In this document: positions 54,447 through 63,537 of the stretch, piece by piece | Layout of the letters: the number at the start of each line of letters is the position of its first letter | Position numbering within the stretch: position 1 is the stretch's first letter | Sequence record: PP496444.1 | Strand: one strand, 5' to 3' | Length of the DNA: 64,000 bases | Translations under genes and position numbers: made by a program | The notes under the pieces: model-generated | The model's database searches: none | Told to the model about the DNA's origin: nothing | The model's input: only the letters and a program-made list of their open reading frames with translations

Positions 54447-55478
54447 ATGCGCAATCAAGATATGGACAAAGTAGAACTGCACGTAGCAGTGACCGATGAG
54501 ATTCAAGGTGCTTTCAACGACGGCACAAAAGATTACCGGGGTTGCACTCGAGAGCGTATCGAAGATACCCGTGCACTGATCAAGCGGTCTTACGTGTCGC
54601 TGCGTGAGGTTGGGTACTGGCTGGTCAAAGCGTTCGGGGACGAGACTGCCCACGACAAGAAGGAACGCGTCTATCGTTTCACCGAGGAAGCTCTGGAGCT
54701 GGGGCAAGCCACGGGGTTGACGAAGGAAGAAGCGCTTGCACTGGTGGACTACGTGTACGAACGACCTGTCGGGGAAATCAAGCAGGAGGTAGGTGGCGTA
54801 ATGACCACTCTTGCGGCGTTGTGCTTCGCCCACGAGATCGATCACCACGAATGCAGCCGCCTTGAACTGGACCGCGTGCAAGATCCTGCCGTGCTGGAGA
54901 AGATCAGGATCAAGCAAGCCAACAAGAAGATTCGCAGTCCGCTGCCGGGCATCGTTAAAGAAGAGTGCCAAGCGGAACCGGCCCTCAAGGGTTTCGATCC
55001 CGTGTGTTCCTGCAAGGATTGTGAGGTTATTCGGTACGGTAATCGACGTCCTAATCCACGGGCACAACCTGTGTCCCTCGTGGAAGCCGTGATCAACAAG
55101 ATGAGCGAGGATCACGATGCCGGACGCATCGGGGTTACTCTGGTGGTCGTCCGCACCATGATGGAGATTACCCGGATCAGGGAGGCCATGGAAGATAAAG
55201 GCACCGTATGCGTTGTAAAACACATGGGAGGTTTCGACGCGGTTTCAGAATGCGTCGAACAGATGGAAGAAGGTGGCCAGTTGTACGTCATCGGTTCCAA
55301 GAACGTGATGTGTGCGGGTTGGATGTTGAAGACTCCCTTCGATGTTCGTATGTATAGCACCTGCCCCCTGGACGATAATCATTACACCCAGCTGATGTCT
55401 CGCTGGTGGAAAGACGGTGTGCGAATCCCGCCGGTCTACCACTACGTTCCGGGCCGCACAGACAGTCCCGGACTGTAG
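54447..55478 (+). CDS. MazG-like NTP pyrophosphohydrolase domain fused to an unknown C-terminal domain
   Basis: W...FG, ERVYRFTEEALEL (EExxE) and GEIKQEVGGVMTTLAALC helical pattern. Confidence 0.6.
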   Translation: MRNQDMDKVELHVAVTDEIQGAFNDGTKDYRGCTRERIEDTRALIKRSYVSLREVGYWLVKAFGDETAHDKKERVYRFTEEALELGQATGLTKEEALALVDYVYERPVGEIKQEVGGVMTTLAALCFAHEIDHHECSRLELDRVQDPAVLEKIRIKQANKKIRSPLPGIVKEECQAEPALKGFDPVCSCKDCEVIRYGNRRPNPRAQPVSLVEAVINKMSEDHDAGRIGVTLVVVRTMMEITRIREAMEDKGTVCVVKHMGGFDAVSECVEQMEEGGQLYVIGSKNVMCAGWMLKTPFDVRMYSTCPLDDNHYTQLMSRWWKDGVRIPPVYHYVPGRTDSPGL

Positions 55479-55533
55479 TTCTTAATTACAGCGGTCCACT
55501 ACGGGCTTTATTCAATCCGATGGAGATACGATT

Positions 55534-56061
55534 ATGAGTTCCAAAAGACGTGGCAACACCCCGGTCGCAGATTCCACTGGCGCCGGCACTCCGGTCACCG
55601 AGAACGAAAAGACTTCACCGAATCTGACCCAAACCCAGATTCCTTCGGCTGAATCGGGCGTGGAAAAGATTGCGGAGTCGGACGTTGCACCGACCGGCGA
55701 ACCAGCTCGCGAAGACGGTGAACGTCGCGAGCCGAAGCACGAAGACTCGATCAGCTCCGAACAAGTTGGCGACCTGGCTTCCGTCATGGGCAATGGCGAT
55801 ACCGCCGAGAAAGATGCCCCGGTGGAACAGGATCAGTCTTCGGACACCCAACCGGAACCCCGCCAAGAAGCCAGCGAGCAGGGTATCGCACTGGCCGACC
55901 GGCTCTCGGAACTGGAAACCAACAGTGACACCGCTGAAGAGCTGCGCCACAAAGTCAGCGGCGAAGGTGGCATCATGGATCAGTTGAACAAGCTCTCGGA
56001 AGGCAGCGAGCGCGAAGAGCTGACCAAGCGTGCACAAGCAATTCTGGTTAACCGCGTCTAA
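55534..56061 (+). CDS. Acidic low-complexity hypothetical protein
   Basis: GGAG SD; ends before the bidirectional terminator. Confidence 0.65.
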   Translation: MSSKRRGNTPVADSTGAGTPVTENEKTSPNLTQTQIPSAESGVEKIAESDVAPTGEPAREDGERREPKHEDSISSEQVGDLASVMGNGDTAEKDAPVEQDQSSDTQPEPRQEASEQGIALADRLSELETNSDTAEELRHKVSGEGGIMDQLNKLSEGSEREELTKRAQAILVNRV

Positions 56062-56074
56062 ATCTTCGGCGCGT

Positions 56075-56112
56075 AAAAAACCCCACTCGCGGACTTCACG
56101 GGTGGGGTTTTG
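56075..56112. terminator. Bidirectional Rho-independent terminator between convergent genes
   Basis: AAAAAA-ccccactcg...cgggtgggg-TTTT. Confidence 0.8.
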
Positions 56113-56213
56113 TTTTATCTGCAGTATGGCTTAGCAGGCTAGCGTATGGGCGCTTTGGCTATCCCAGCCCGGTCGATATGGCCCCAAGCCGGGATAAACC
56201 CGCCTGCGCGATC

Positions 56214-56888
56214 CTACGCGGTCAGTGCGGCAGCGGCGATATCCCACAAACGCTTCCGGTCGTCAGCTCCGATCTGCCCACCATTGATGGCCTGGGTCAC
56301 ATCGAAGAATCGCCCGGCGTCGGCCAGTTTGTTGCAGTTGTTCTCATCCCAGTAGTCGGCAGCGGCCATGAAGCCTGCTTCCGGTAGGGCCAGCAGATCA
56401 GGGTTGTTGATCAGGGGAATACCCAGCTTGTTCTGCAACTTGAGGTATTCCGCTTTGCCGGTACGCATGATCGGACAGCGGCCTCGATACTTCCACCCGT
56501 CGCCACTGGCCTCGTCACCGTTACCCATGCGGTTCGCATAGCAGTTGTTGGCGATGGCCTGTGGCTTGCGTGCCAGCTTGATCGCCAGATCGTTAGGCGC
56601 TACACGAACTTGGCCTTTATCGTTGGTTATCTTGACACGCTTGCCGTTGGCGTCAACCTTGCCATACCGGGTCGGCCAGGTGTTAGCCAAGCCGTCAGCA
56701 CTGTAGTTCAGGCCTTCCTCGAACTTGGCAAGGTCACCCGATTCATGGTCGATCTGGCCGAGGAACATCGCCATGCGTTGTTTGTTGAGGCTGATCAGGT
56801 ACTTGTCCATGGCAGCTTGCAGTGGCTTAAGGTAGGCCAAGGGCGCCGACGGGAATATCTTCTTGAATTGTAATTCAGTAAGCAGCAT
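56214..56888 (-). CDS. Glycoside hydrolase family 19 endolysin
   Basis: FLGQIDHESG, EEGLNYSA.GL, Y.NRMGNG...GDGWKYRGR, T..INGG..G..DR; GGAG SD favours ATG 56888. Confidence 0.9.
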   Translation of the reverse strand: MLLTELQFKKIFPSAPLAYLKPLQAAMDKYLISLNKQRMAMFLGQIDHESGDLAKFEEGLNYSADGLANTWPTRYGKVDANGKRVKITNDKGQVRVAPNDLAIKLARKPQAIANNCYANRMGNGDEASGDGWKYRGRCPIMRTGKAEYLKLQNKLGIPLINNPDLLALPEAGFMAAADYWDENNCNKLADAGRFFDVTQAINGGQIGADDRKRLWDIAAAALTA

Positions 56889-57216
56889 GGGGTACATCTC
56901 CGTTGTTCAGGGTAGACAGCATTGCCTGCCAGTCTCCAGTGTTGGGCATTCCATCTTCATGGAACCGAAGTGGCACGACGGGGTGAATGGATAAGGCGTG
57001 GTCACGCATCCGCAGCAGAATGGTATCGATGGCGGACTCAATGGTCTCCTTCCGATACTCCATCCGTTGCAGGATCTCTTCCCGAAACATGCGGAACTGC
57101 TCTGGCGGGAAGTTGTAGTTCAGGCACTGGGCGTGAATGTCAGCCTTGTTCTTCTGGTAGTACGTGACCATCGCGGTAACCCGAGGACATCTGGGTGTGT
57201 TGCGTGTTTTGCTCAT
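56875..57216 (-). CDS. Hypothetical protein upstream of endolysin
   Basis: GGAG SD then ATG 57216 (MSKTRNTPRCP...); overlaps endolysin start. Confidence 0.6.
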   Translation of the reverse strand: MSKTRNTPRCPRVTAMVTYYQKNKADIHAQCLNYNFPPEQFRMFREEILQRMEYRKETIESAIDTILLRMRDHALSIHPVVPLRFHEDGMPNTGDWQAMLSTLNNGDVPHAAY

Positions 57217-57349
57217 TGCTCCCTCTCCATGAGGTGTGTTAAGTGAGTGCCCGGACAGATGAGTAATTATTTTAATGGCATTATGAATTACGCAAATTGC
57301 AGGCTGTAAATAGCCGTAAAATACAACCACCAATAGCAAGGACCTTAGT

Positions 57350-58168
57350 ATGGGCTCTATTCTGTATACCCACCGTCAGATCGTCAACACCCCCAACCTG
57401 CGGGAGGAAGCCCGCAAAAGCAAGAGCTTCCGTGAGTACAGCCGCACCGTGGCGAAGAAGGCCAAGCGTCTGCCGATCCCGGTCCTGTACGTAGATGGTA
57501 CGCCGACCACCGAACAGTTCGGCCGCCTGTTGAACGACCGCCTGATTTTTCTGGTGTGCCTGTTCCCGCCAAGCGCCAGCATCGAGAAGCTGACCGAGCT
57601 GTCCAAGGTGTTCAGCAGCCAGCCGTGGTACTTGAATCTGAACAAGATCAAGGTGTACCAGCTGGACGGTTGCATGATGACCCACACCAACCCGGTCACC
57701 AAAGAGACCACTGAAGTGTTCGACTTCCGTACTGCGCAGATGCATGCGTTGCAGGAGATCGACAAGTTGCTCAACACGCAGGAAGGTCAGATTCTGGCGG
57801 CGGCGAAATGCCGTATCGTACCGGAAGGTCAGCCGGACACGTGGGCACAAAGTGGTGGTGGTTTCACCACGAAGCTGCAAGGCGCCCCAGCTGATCAGGA
57901 AACCAACCTGGGTGTTGCGGGACAATCCATTGCCGAGATTCGCGCGGGCATGAATCAGGGCGTCGGTGGGAAGTCAGCGGTAGAGATTCAGTCGGGGATG
58001 TCCGAAGGTGAACCGCAGGATGAAACGGAGTATCTGCTTAGCACTCCGGCCAATGCTGAACATCTGCGCCACCAGATCGATGAGTTGCGCCGTAAGCCTA
58101 TTCGCGGTCTTGATGGCAAGTTCATCAAGATGGATCAAGCATCGTTCAAGAAGGAGGACGGGGAATGA
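57350..58168 (+). CDS. Hypothetical protein
   Basis: 272 aa, AGGA SD, follows a divergent AT-rich intergenic region. Confidence 0.7.
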   Translation: MGSILYTHRQIVNTPNLREEARKSKSFREYSRTVAKKAKRLPIPVLYVDGTPTTEQFGRLLNDRLIFLVCLFPPSASIEKLTELSKVFSSQPWYLNLNKIKVYQLDGCMMTHTNPVTKETTEVFDFRTAQMHALQEIDKLLNTQEGQILAAAKCRIVPEGQPDTWAQSGGGFTTKLQGAPADQETNLGVAGQSIAEIRAGMNQGVGGKSAVEIQSGMSEGEPQDETEYLLSTPANAEHLRHQIDELRRKPIRGLDGKFIKMDQASFKKEDGE

Positions 58169-58590
58169 GCCTTAGTTACCGCCCCGGCATTACCCAAGCG
58201 CTGAACCTGCTGGACACGTACTCGACGGAGCGTGACCCACTGGAGGTGCTGACCGAGTACCGCCAGATGCTGGTCAAGGAACTGGACGACAACCTGCCCA
58301 CCCTGAAAGAAGTGCAGGACTGGATGACTCAGGTGTTGTACCAGAACCATGGCAATCCGTCGCGTTCGGAGCTGGAGCGACGGGCCAAGGAAGAGCTGGG
58401 TATGGATTTCAGGTTCACCCATGCGGATCGTACAGAAGGCGGCAAGCTCATCGCAGTACTTACCTGCAAGCGTCGTACGGTAAATATCGTACTGGAACCC
58501 ACCAAGGTAGCTCCACGCGGTGAGATGTCGCAAGGTCGGGAACGGCTTCACATTACCGCAATCAATGTAGAGGAATGGCCATGGCCTTAG
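58165..58590 (+). CDS. Hypothetical protein
   Basis: 141 aa, ATGA overlap. Confidence 0.65.
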   Translation: MSLSYRPGITQALNLLDTYSTERDPLEVLTEYRQMLVKELDDNLPTLKEVQDWMTQVLYQNHGNPSRSELERRAKEELGMDFRFTHADRTEGGKLIAVLTCKRRTVNIVLEPTKVAPRGEMSQGRERLHITAINVEEWPWP

Positions 58591-59522
58591 CAGCCAAGAA
58601 AAAGATACGCCTGAAACGGCGTCCTCGGGATAAGGCGGAGCAGCCACCGGTCGAGTCCACCAAGGCGGCCGTACGCAACATCGTCGGCGTCTGCAACCAC
58701 AACCCGTATCAGGTAGGTCAGTTGCTGCCCAGCGAGCCTGCGGTCATGGGCATGGACGGTAAGGTGAGTGGGTCACGCAAGGCTCAGTACTTGCTCGTGC
58801 CCTACGTTGCCACTCTGCTCCAGTTCCGCGACACCGTGCTGGCCTTCAAAGGCACCGTGATCGTCTTCGATGATCCGGTCAAGCTGGACCACGTGCTGCA
58901 GATTTCCAACGTGCTGGACATCGTGACCAAGAATCACAGCTACCAGTACACCTTCGGCCCGTTGACATCCGCCAAGCTGGTGGCTGCAGACGAACCCCGG
59001 CGCCCCATCGTCATTGATCAGGAACGTATCAACGTTCTGCCGAACATGATCAATGCGGTGCAGGGCAGTATCGCTCAGGTCATCATGGAAGCCACTCAGA
59101 GCCTGATCCCGACCGTCAAGTCGGACGTGCTCAAGACCATCTTCTCATGGATCAGCGAATCTGACTTGACTACGGACCTGTTGCTACAGGAACTGGTGAA
59201 GCTCAACGTGGAAGACCCTGAGGTTATGATGGCGCCGTTACTGGCGTTCCTCGGCACCGAGCAGGGTGAAAAGACGTGTAAAGCCTTCGCGATGGTGGCC
59301 GAGTACAAAGCCAAGAACAAAAGCGTGCCGTATCCGAAGATCGAAAAGGCAACTGGTGTGCCGTCGTTCGATCTGCAGTTCGCTATCCGCTACATCCGCC
59401 GTACAACCGCCGTGCGTCGGCCAGGTATGACATTGAGTCAGATCCATGCCGCGCGACGTCTTAAATCCAACAACGATATTCTGGTCGGGATCGATGACCC
59501 CGAGGACGAAGAAGATGCTTGA
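58575..59522 (+). CDS. Hypothetical protein
   Basis: 315 aa, GAGG SD; start may be 58581. Confidence 0.7.
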   Translation: MAMALAAKKKIRLKRRPRDKAEQPPVESTKAAVRNIVGVCNHNPYQVGQLLPSEPAVMGMDGKVSGSRKAQYLLVPYVATLLQFRDTVLAFKGTVIVFDDPVKLDHVLQISNVLDIVTKNHSYQYTFGPLTSAKLVAADEPRRPIVIDQERINVLPNMINAVQGSIAQVIMEATQSLIPTVKSDVLKTIFSWISESDLTTDLLLQELVKLNVEDPEVMMAPLLAFLGTEQGEKTCKAFAMVAEYKAKNKSVPYPKIEKATGVPSFDLQFAIRYIRRTTAVRRPGMTLSQIHAARRLKSNNDILVGIDDPEDEEDA

Positions 59523-60429
59523 GTCAATAATGCGAGGGGGCTTTGCCTCCTTCATCTACATCTTGATCATTTTGGGGGTAATCATCTGGGTGGTCAACTC
59601 GATCTACCGACAGAAGAAGATCGCCCAGATCCGGTATCACGAACGGCTGAAGAAGCAAGCCGAGCAGGATCGCAAGGATGTCATCTCCGACGCCGAGGAC
59701 GCACGCCCCATCGAGTACGTGACCGAAGACACGGGGATGTCGGTGTCCAACTTCTACTTGTCCAAGTTCATCGAACAGCTCGCCTTGGTGACCAGTGCGT
59801 CGGTACGCAGGCTTAGTCCCGTGGCCGGTGCTGAAAGTCTGGAGGACTTGCGCGTTGAGTTCTCCCGGATGCAAGCGCTGCTTCACCTTCAGTTTGAAAA
59901 CGTGGTTGGTCCTCCGCTCGAAGAAGAGATTCAATCCTCGTATCGTCGTGTTGAAGAGGCACTGGCCGAAGCGAAAGCCAAAGGCATGGTGCGCGGTGAA
60001 CGTGAGTTCGGTAGCCTGCCGCATACGCAACCGCCGCGTGAGTATCGTACCGTCACCAGTGAACGTCTGGGTATCCGCGTGCATAGCACCATGTCGGACA
60101 TCGAGGTTGCTGAAGCACTCAGATTTGCGGCGCCCTTGGTCATCTCTCCGACTTCAGACGCGGACAAGTTGGAACAACTTCGTAACATCTTGCAGCGGGG
60201 TCAAGTCAACGAAGTCAAGGTTGAACTGATCAGCACCCCGGAACCTCAGGTGTATCGGCATCGGTGGGATACCCTGAACGTGACTACCACGCTACCCCGC
60301 GACGAGGTGGCTACGGTGGTCAAACCTTACCTGGGTATGCCGATCACGGAATCCGTGATGGAGGAGATCAGCTTTATCCTCAAGCAGAAGACCAGCGACG
60401 AAGTGATCGTCGATACAGACGCGACGTAA
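59515..60429 (+). CDS. Hypothetical protein with N-terminal TM anchor and coiled coil
   Basis: ATG 59515; FIYILIILGVIIWVV TM segment. Confidence 0.65.
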   Translation: MLESIMRGGFASFIYILIILGVIIWVVNSIYRQKKIAQIRYHERLKKQAEQDRKDVISDAEDARPIEYVTEDTGMSVSNFYLSKFIEQLALVTSASVRRLSPVAGAESLEDLRVEFSRMQALLHLQFENVVGPPLEEEIQSSYRRVEEALAEAKAKGMVRGEREFGSLPHTQPPREYRTVTSERLGIRVHSTMSDIEVAEALRFAAPLVISPTSDADKLEQLRNILQRGQVNEVKVELISTPEPQVYRHRWDTLNVTTTLPRDEVATVVKPYLGMPITESVMEEISFILKQKTSDEVIVDTDAT

Positions 60430-60434
60430 CAATC

Positions 60435-60463
60435 AGGGTGTTCCTTTCTGGGACACCCTTTTT
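60435..60463 (+). terminator. Rho-independent terminator
   Basis: agggtgt/acaccct stem plus TTTT. Confidence 0.7.
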
Positions 60464-60478
60464 CATTTGGAGATCGTA

Positions 60479-60715
60479 ATGGCTAAGGCAACCTGCTACG
60501 GAATCTGTCCCCAGTGCGGTAGTGATATCACCAAGGTGAATTTCCGCGAGGATGTGATGACCTGCTTGGGTGGGCACCAGTGCAAGTACGCCCACATGAT
60601 TGGTCTGGCGGGCGTTGTGGATGAACCACCTACGGAGGAACTGATCAAGATGGCACAGGAAGCACACGTGTTGCAGCCGCTCTCGCACTTCAAGCGCTTT
60701 TATCGTCGGGATTGA
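60479..60715 (+). CDS. Small Zn-ribbon protein
   Basis: GGAG SD; CPQC...CLGGH. Confidence 0.6.
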   Translation: MAKATCYGICPQCGSDITKVNFREDVMTCLGGHQCKYAHMIGLAGVVDEPPTEELIKMAQEAHVLQPLSHFKRFYRRD

Positions 60716-60740
60716 CAGCTCTGGTAAATGATGTCATACT
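60712..60740 (+). promoter_or_regulatory. sigma70-type promoter TTGACA-17-CATACT with GGTAAATGA in the spacer
   Basis: Boxes read directly at 60712-17 and 60735-40. Confidence 0.6.
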
Positions 60741-60777
60741 GATGGCAAAGCCACGTACTGCGCGGGAGCAGTGATCC

Positions 60778-61176
60778 ATGAGCAAGCAACGCACCACCAA
60801 GAAGCAACGTGAGGAACAGCAGGCCAAGCAGCGCGAGGAAGCCCGGCTGAAGAAGGAGCGGGACCATGCGTTCCGTCCTCTATTCGGGACTGGTGGCTCC
60901 GGGCGCAAGACGCCTAACCGACTGCCGACGCTGGAGACCCCGGTGTACGCCAAAGACAGCAAGCACGTACCTTCACTGATCACGGCCAAGCCGTTCAACA
61001 ATCAGGTGCCGGTCCAGTACGACGAAGAGATGTCGGTACGGGAAGCAGCGGCACAGGTCGAGATTGCACAGAAACGCAAACGGGTTGCTGTCGTCTGCCA
61101 CAAGTCCGGCTATCAGTACGTCGGTGAAGCGGAAGATCCGAAAACTTTCGGCAAGAAATCTCAAGCACTGGAGTAA
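60778..61176 (+). CDS. Basic hypothetical phage protein
   Basis: GGAG SD; C-terminal KR.RVA..HKSGYQY pattern. Confidence 0.65.
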   Translation: MSKQRTTKKQREEQQAKQREEARLKKERDHAFRPLFGTGGSGRKTPNRLPTLETPVYAKDSKHVPSLITAKPFNNQVPVQYDEEMSVREAAAQVEIAQKRKRVAVVCHKSGYQYVGEAEDPKTFGKKSQALE

Positions 61177-61180
61177 GACG

Positions 61181-61339
61181 ATGGACAGTGAAGACAGGCC
61201 ACCGTGCCCTAACAGTGAATGTCAGCACAAGACTTATGAACCGCACACCTGCCCGTACAAGGACAGCGTGAATGACGATACAGAGTCCATGTGCCATTGC
61301 TGTGAGAACTGCAAACAACAATGTACGGATGACATCTGA
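61181..61339 (+). CDS. Small Cys-rich (Zn-binding) protein
   Basis: GGAG SD; C...C...HTCPY...C.CC..C...C..DI. Confidence 0.6.
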   Translation: MDSEDRPPCPNSECQHKTYEPHTCPYKDSVNDDTESMCHCCENCKQQCTDDI

Positions 61340-61782
61340 TGTTAGAGACTTTTGTATGGATTGTATGCGCTGTCGCGGCGTTCTGTGCGTTCCCCTTCGT
61401 ATACATCTGGATTCAGAACATCTTCATCCCTCCGGTGTCGAACTACACCATTGACGGAGGTAATCTGTGTCCAAGACCTAACATGACGGATGAAGATCTG
61501 TACGACTTTGAAGCTGACTCTTTCCATGACATCAAGCCAGAGAATCGTACGTGGCCCAAGCTAACCGACTTTATGATGTACCAAGATCGTAAGTCAGTAG
61601 TGATGGAAGCTCCACTGGAAGGTGAGTTGCTTTATCCAGAGCTGGAAGTAACAGATAACGATACGGTTATCGCTACTACGGCATGGTTACGGTCGCGCGG
61701 GATACCTAGCTCGGAACCCGAACCCAAGAAGATTCGTCATTTACGCGTTGTCGCAAGGATAGATAAAGATGAACAAGATTGA
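61339..61782 (+). CDS. Hypothetical protein with N-terminal TM
   Basis: 147 aa, TGATG overlap. Confidence 0.55.
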   Translation: MLETFVWIVCAVAAFCAFPFVYIWIQNIFIPPVSNYTIDGGNLCPRPNMTDEDLYDFEADSFHDIKPENRTWPKLTDFMMYQDRKSVVMEAPLEGELLYPELEVTDNDTVIATTAWLRSRGIPSSEPEPKKIRHLRVVARIDKDEQD

Positions 61783-62245
61783 TGATGACATGCGGCTGGC
61801 CCACGAACTGGCCGAGGTAGTTGCGTCAGTTCCTGCGAGCTGCGAAAGAGTGGTTGTCGTGGTCCCCGACTACTACGAATCTCTGGGCAAGTCCAGCATC
61901 CTGATGGACTCCGTAGACAGGCTACGGAATGCAGGTATCGTGGTGGACGTGATGAGTCCCGACGATATCCGTAATCTGGAGGGGTTAGAAGCCCACCCAC
62001 TGGATCGTATTCATTTTCCTATGGACTTCTCCGCTATAGAGGAACGTGCAGCTCGGTCGATGTTCTTCGACTCATTCTCAGATTTCTCGGGTACGGATAC
62101 TGGATCAGACAGGGATCAGTTCAAGCGTACACCTACTGCTCGCATCACACCGCATCCGTTGAAGGCTCTGGACTACATCCAGAAGGGTAGCGGAAGACTC
62201 TCCAAAGGTATGAAACTCATGCTGAAAAAGCAAAGGGGTTGGTAA
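61769..62245 (+). CDS. Hypothetical protein
   Basis: 158 aa in operon context. Confidence 0.6.
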   Translation: MNKIDDDMRLAHELAEVVASVPASCERVVVVVPDYYESLGKSSILMDSVDRLRNAGIVVDVMSPDDIRNLEGLEAHPLDRIHFPMDFSAIEERAARSMFFDSFSDFSGTDTGSDRDQFKRTPTARITPHPLKALDYIQKGSGRLSKGMKLMLKKQRGW

Positions 62246-62246
62246 C

Positions 62247-63269
62247 ATGACAGATGCAACGTTGGATACGTACGGTGACGTGCTGGTGCAAGATGCGGCC
62301 AAGATCATCACCGACTTCGTGGATAATGTAATCGCTCCGGTTACTCTGGCGTCGGATAAAGACTACCCGGCCAAGTTCAAAGTCCTAAAGACTAAGCTGG
62401 CCCAGATGGCTGGCAGTGCCATGAGCCTCCCGATATCCGTTGTGGTGATGCGCAACCTTCCTTTTTACGTGTTGCTGAGTTCGCCGAAACAGGTAAGCCA
62501 CATCATCACTCTGGCCAAAGCCATGATGCCCGAAGGTCTTCCACTGAAAGCACTCGGCGCCACATACCACGAGAACGTGGTCAACATACTGTCTCAAGTG
62601 CTGGTCGAGCGCGGTGTGGGTGAGATGTTCCTCGGTAATAGACTGGCCGATCTGCCCAAGTCACCAGTGACGGAAGCCGAACGCAAGGAAGATCCATTCG
62701 CCCCAGTAGATCACGATGACGACAACGTGCACGAACTGAGCAGAATGCTTTCTCCGCAAGGTGCTCCGTGGTACATCACCAACGACCAGATCAGGGCTGC
62801 GCGTAAGGACGCAGGCGGGTCGATGGACGCTGCCATGGTGATGGTTAGCGAGCGCCACGCCAAACGCCACCTGGTCGAGCTAGTGAACGCTGCGCTGCTA
62901 TTCAAGCTGCCGGTCACGCATCCCTATCCCATCTCGGAGTATTCAGCCGAGGATTGGTGGGTGAAAGAGATTGCGGGCATTGCATCTTCACTGGTGCCGC
63001 TGACCGCAGACCAGTACCGTGCTATCCACATCGCCCGGAACTTCGCCCGTCTGGTGTTCGACACAATCAAGGCACCGAGCGATGAAGAGTTGGTCTATCA
63101 GTTCCGCTCGCGCTGGGATACGGAAGATGAGTGGAGCGGTTGGACTAGCACCACTAAAGATGTATTCGATACACGCAAGGAGAGACATGCTCAAGAGCTT
63201 ACCCTAAAGCTGCATGAGTTCCGTGTCCTGCGCGTTATGCCGGAGGTGAGCAATGACATCCCCAACTGA
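62247..63269 (+). CDS. Hypothetical protein
   Basis: 340 aa in operon context. Confidence 0.7.
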   Translation: MTDATLDTYGDVLVQDAAKIITDFVDNVIAPVTLASDKDYPAKFKVLKTKLAQMAGSAMSLPISVVVMRNLPFYVLLSSPKQVSHIITLAKAMMPEGLPLKALGATYHENVVNILSQVLVERGVGEMFLGNRLADLPKSPVTEAERKEDPFAPVDHDDDNVHELSRMLSPQGAPWYITNDQIRAARKDAGGSMDAAMVMVSERHAKRHLVELVNAALLFKLPVTHPYPISEYSAEDWWVKEIAGIASSLVPLTADQYRAIHIARNFARLVFDTIKAPSDEELVYQFRSRWDTEDEWSGWTSTTKDVFDTRKERHAQELTLKLHEFRVLRVMPEVSNDIPN

Positions 63270-63537
63270 ACAGGTGATACCGACCGTCGCGTCGGTGGAA
63301 GATATCGTGACCACCGGCGTCTACCGGGTTGACGACCTAATGGTGATGCAGATGAATTTCACACCTGAATTCACGTCTAGCGTTAAGTTCACACGGGAGA
63401 TCGTCAACCCGGAAACCAAGAAGATAGTATCCCAGCAGGTGGGGTTTGAAGACGGAAGCATCTTCAGTCGTACCCACGGGGAGGATGGGGACTGGACGTA
63501 TGGGCCGTGGGTGAAGGAGGTGTCAGATGTATCGTAG
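63253..63537 (+). CDS. Small protein, weakly pyocin-knob-like
   Basis: GAGG SD; DIVTTGVY...Q...DGSIFSR...W..W pattern. Confidence 0.55.
   Translation: MTSPTEQVIPTVASVEDIVTTGVYRVDDLMVMQMNFTPEFTSSVKFTREIVNPETKKIVSQQVGFEDGSIFSRTHGEDGDWTYGPWVKEVSDVS

Noticed and set aside
41905-55478. 2-aminoadenine (Z) genome system (DatZ/MazZ)
   Set aside because: The HD protein matches the YfdR-type pattern rather than DatZ, and no PurZ or DpoZ is visible in the window; cannot be excluded for the rest of the genome.
750-62249. Recurrent TAACATG gene junctions (750, 3414, 25070, 39976, 62243)
   Set aside because: Explained by ordinary stop-start translational coupling; no extra structure is needed.
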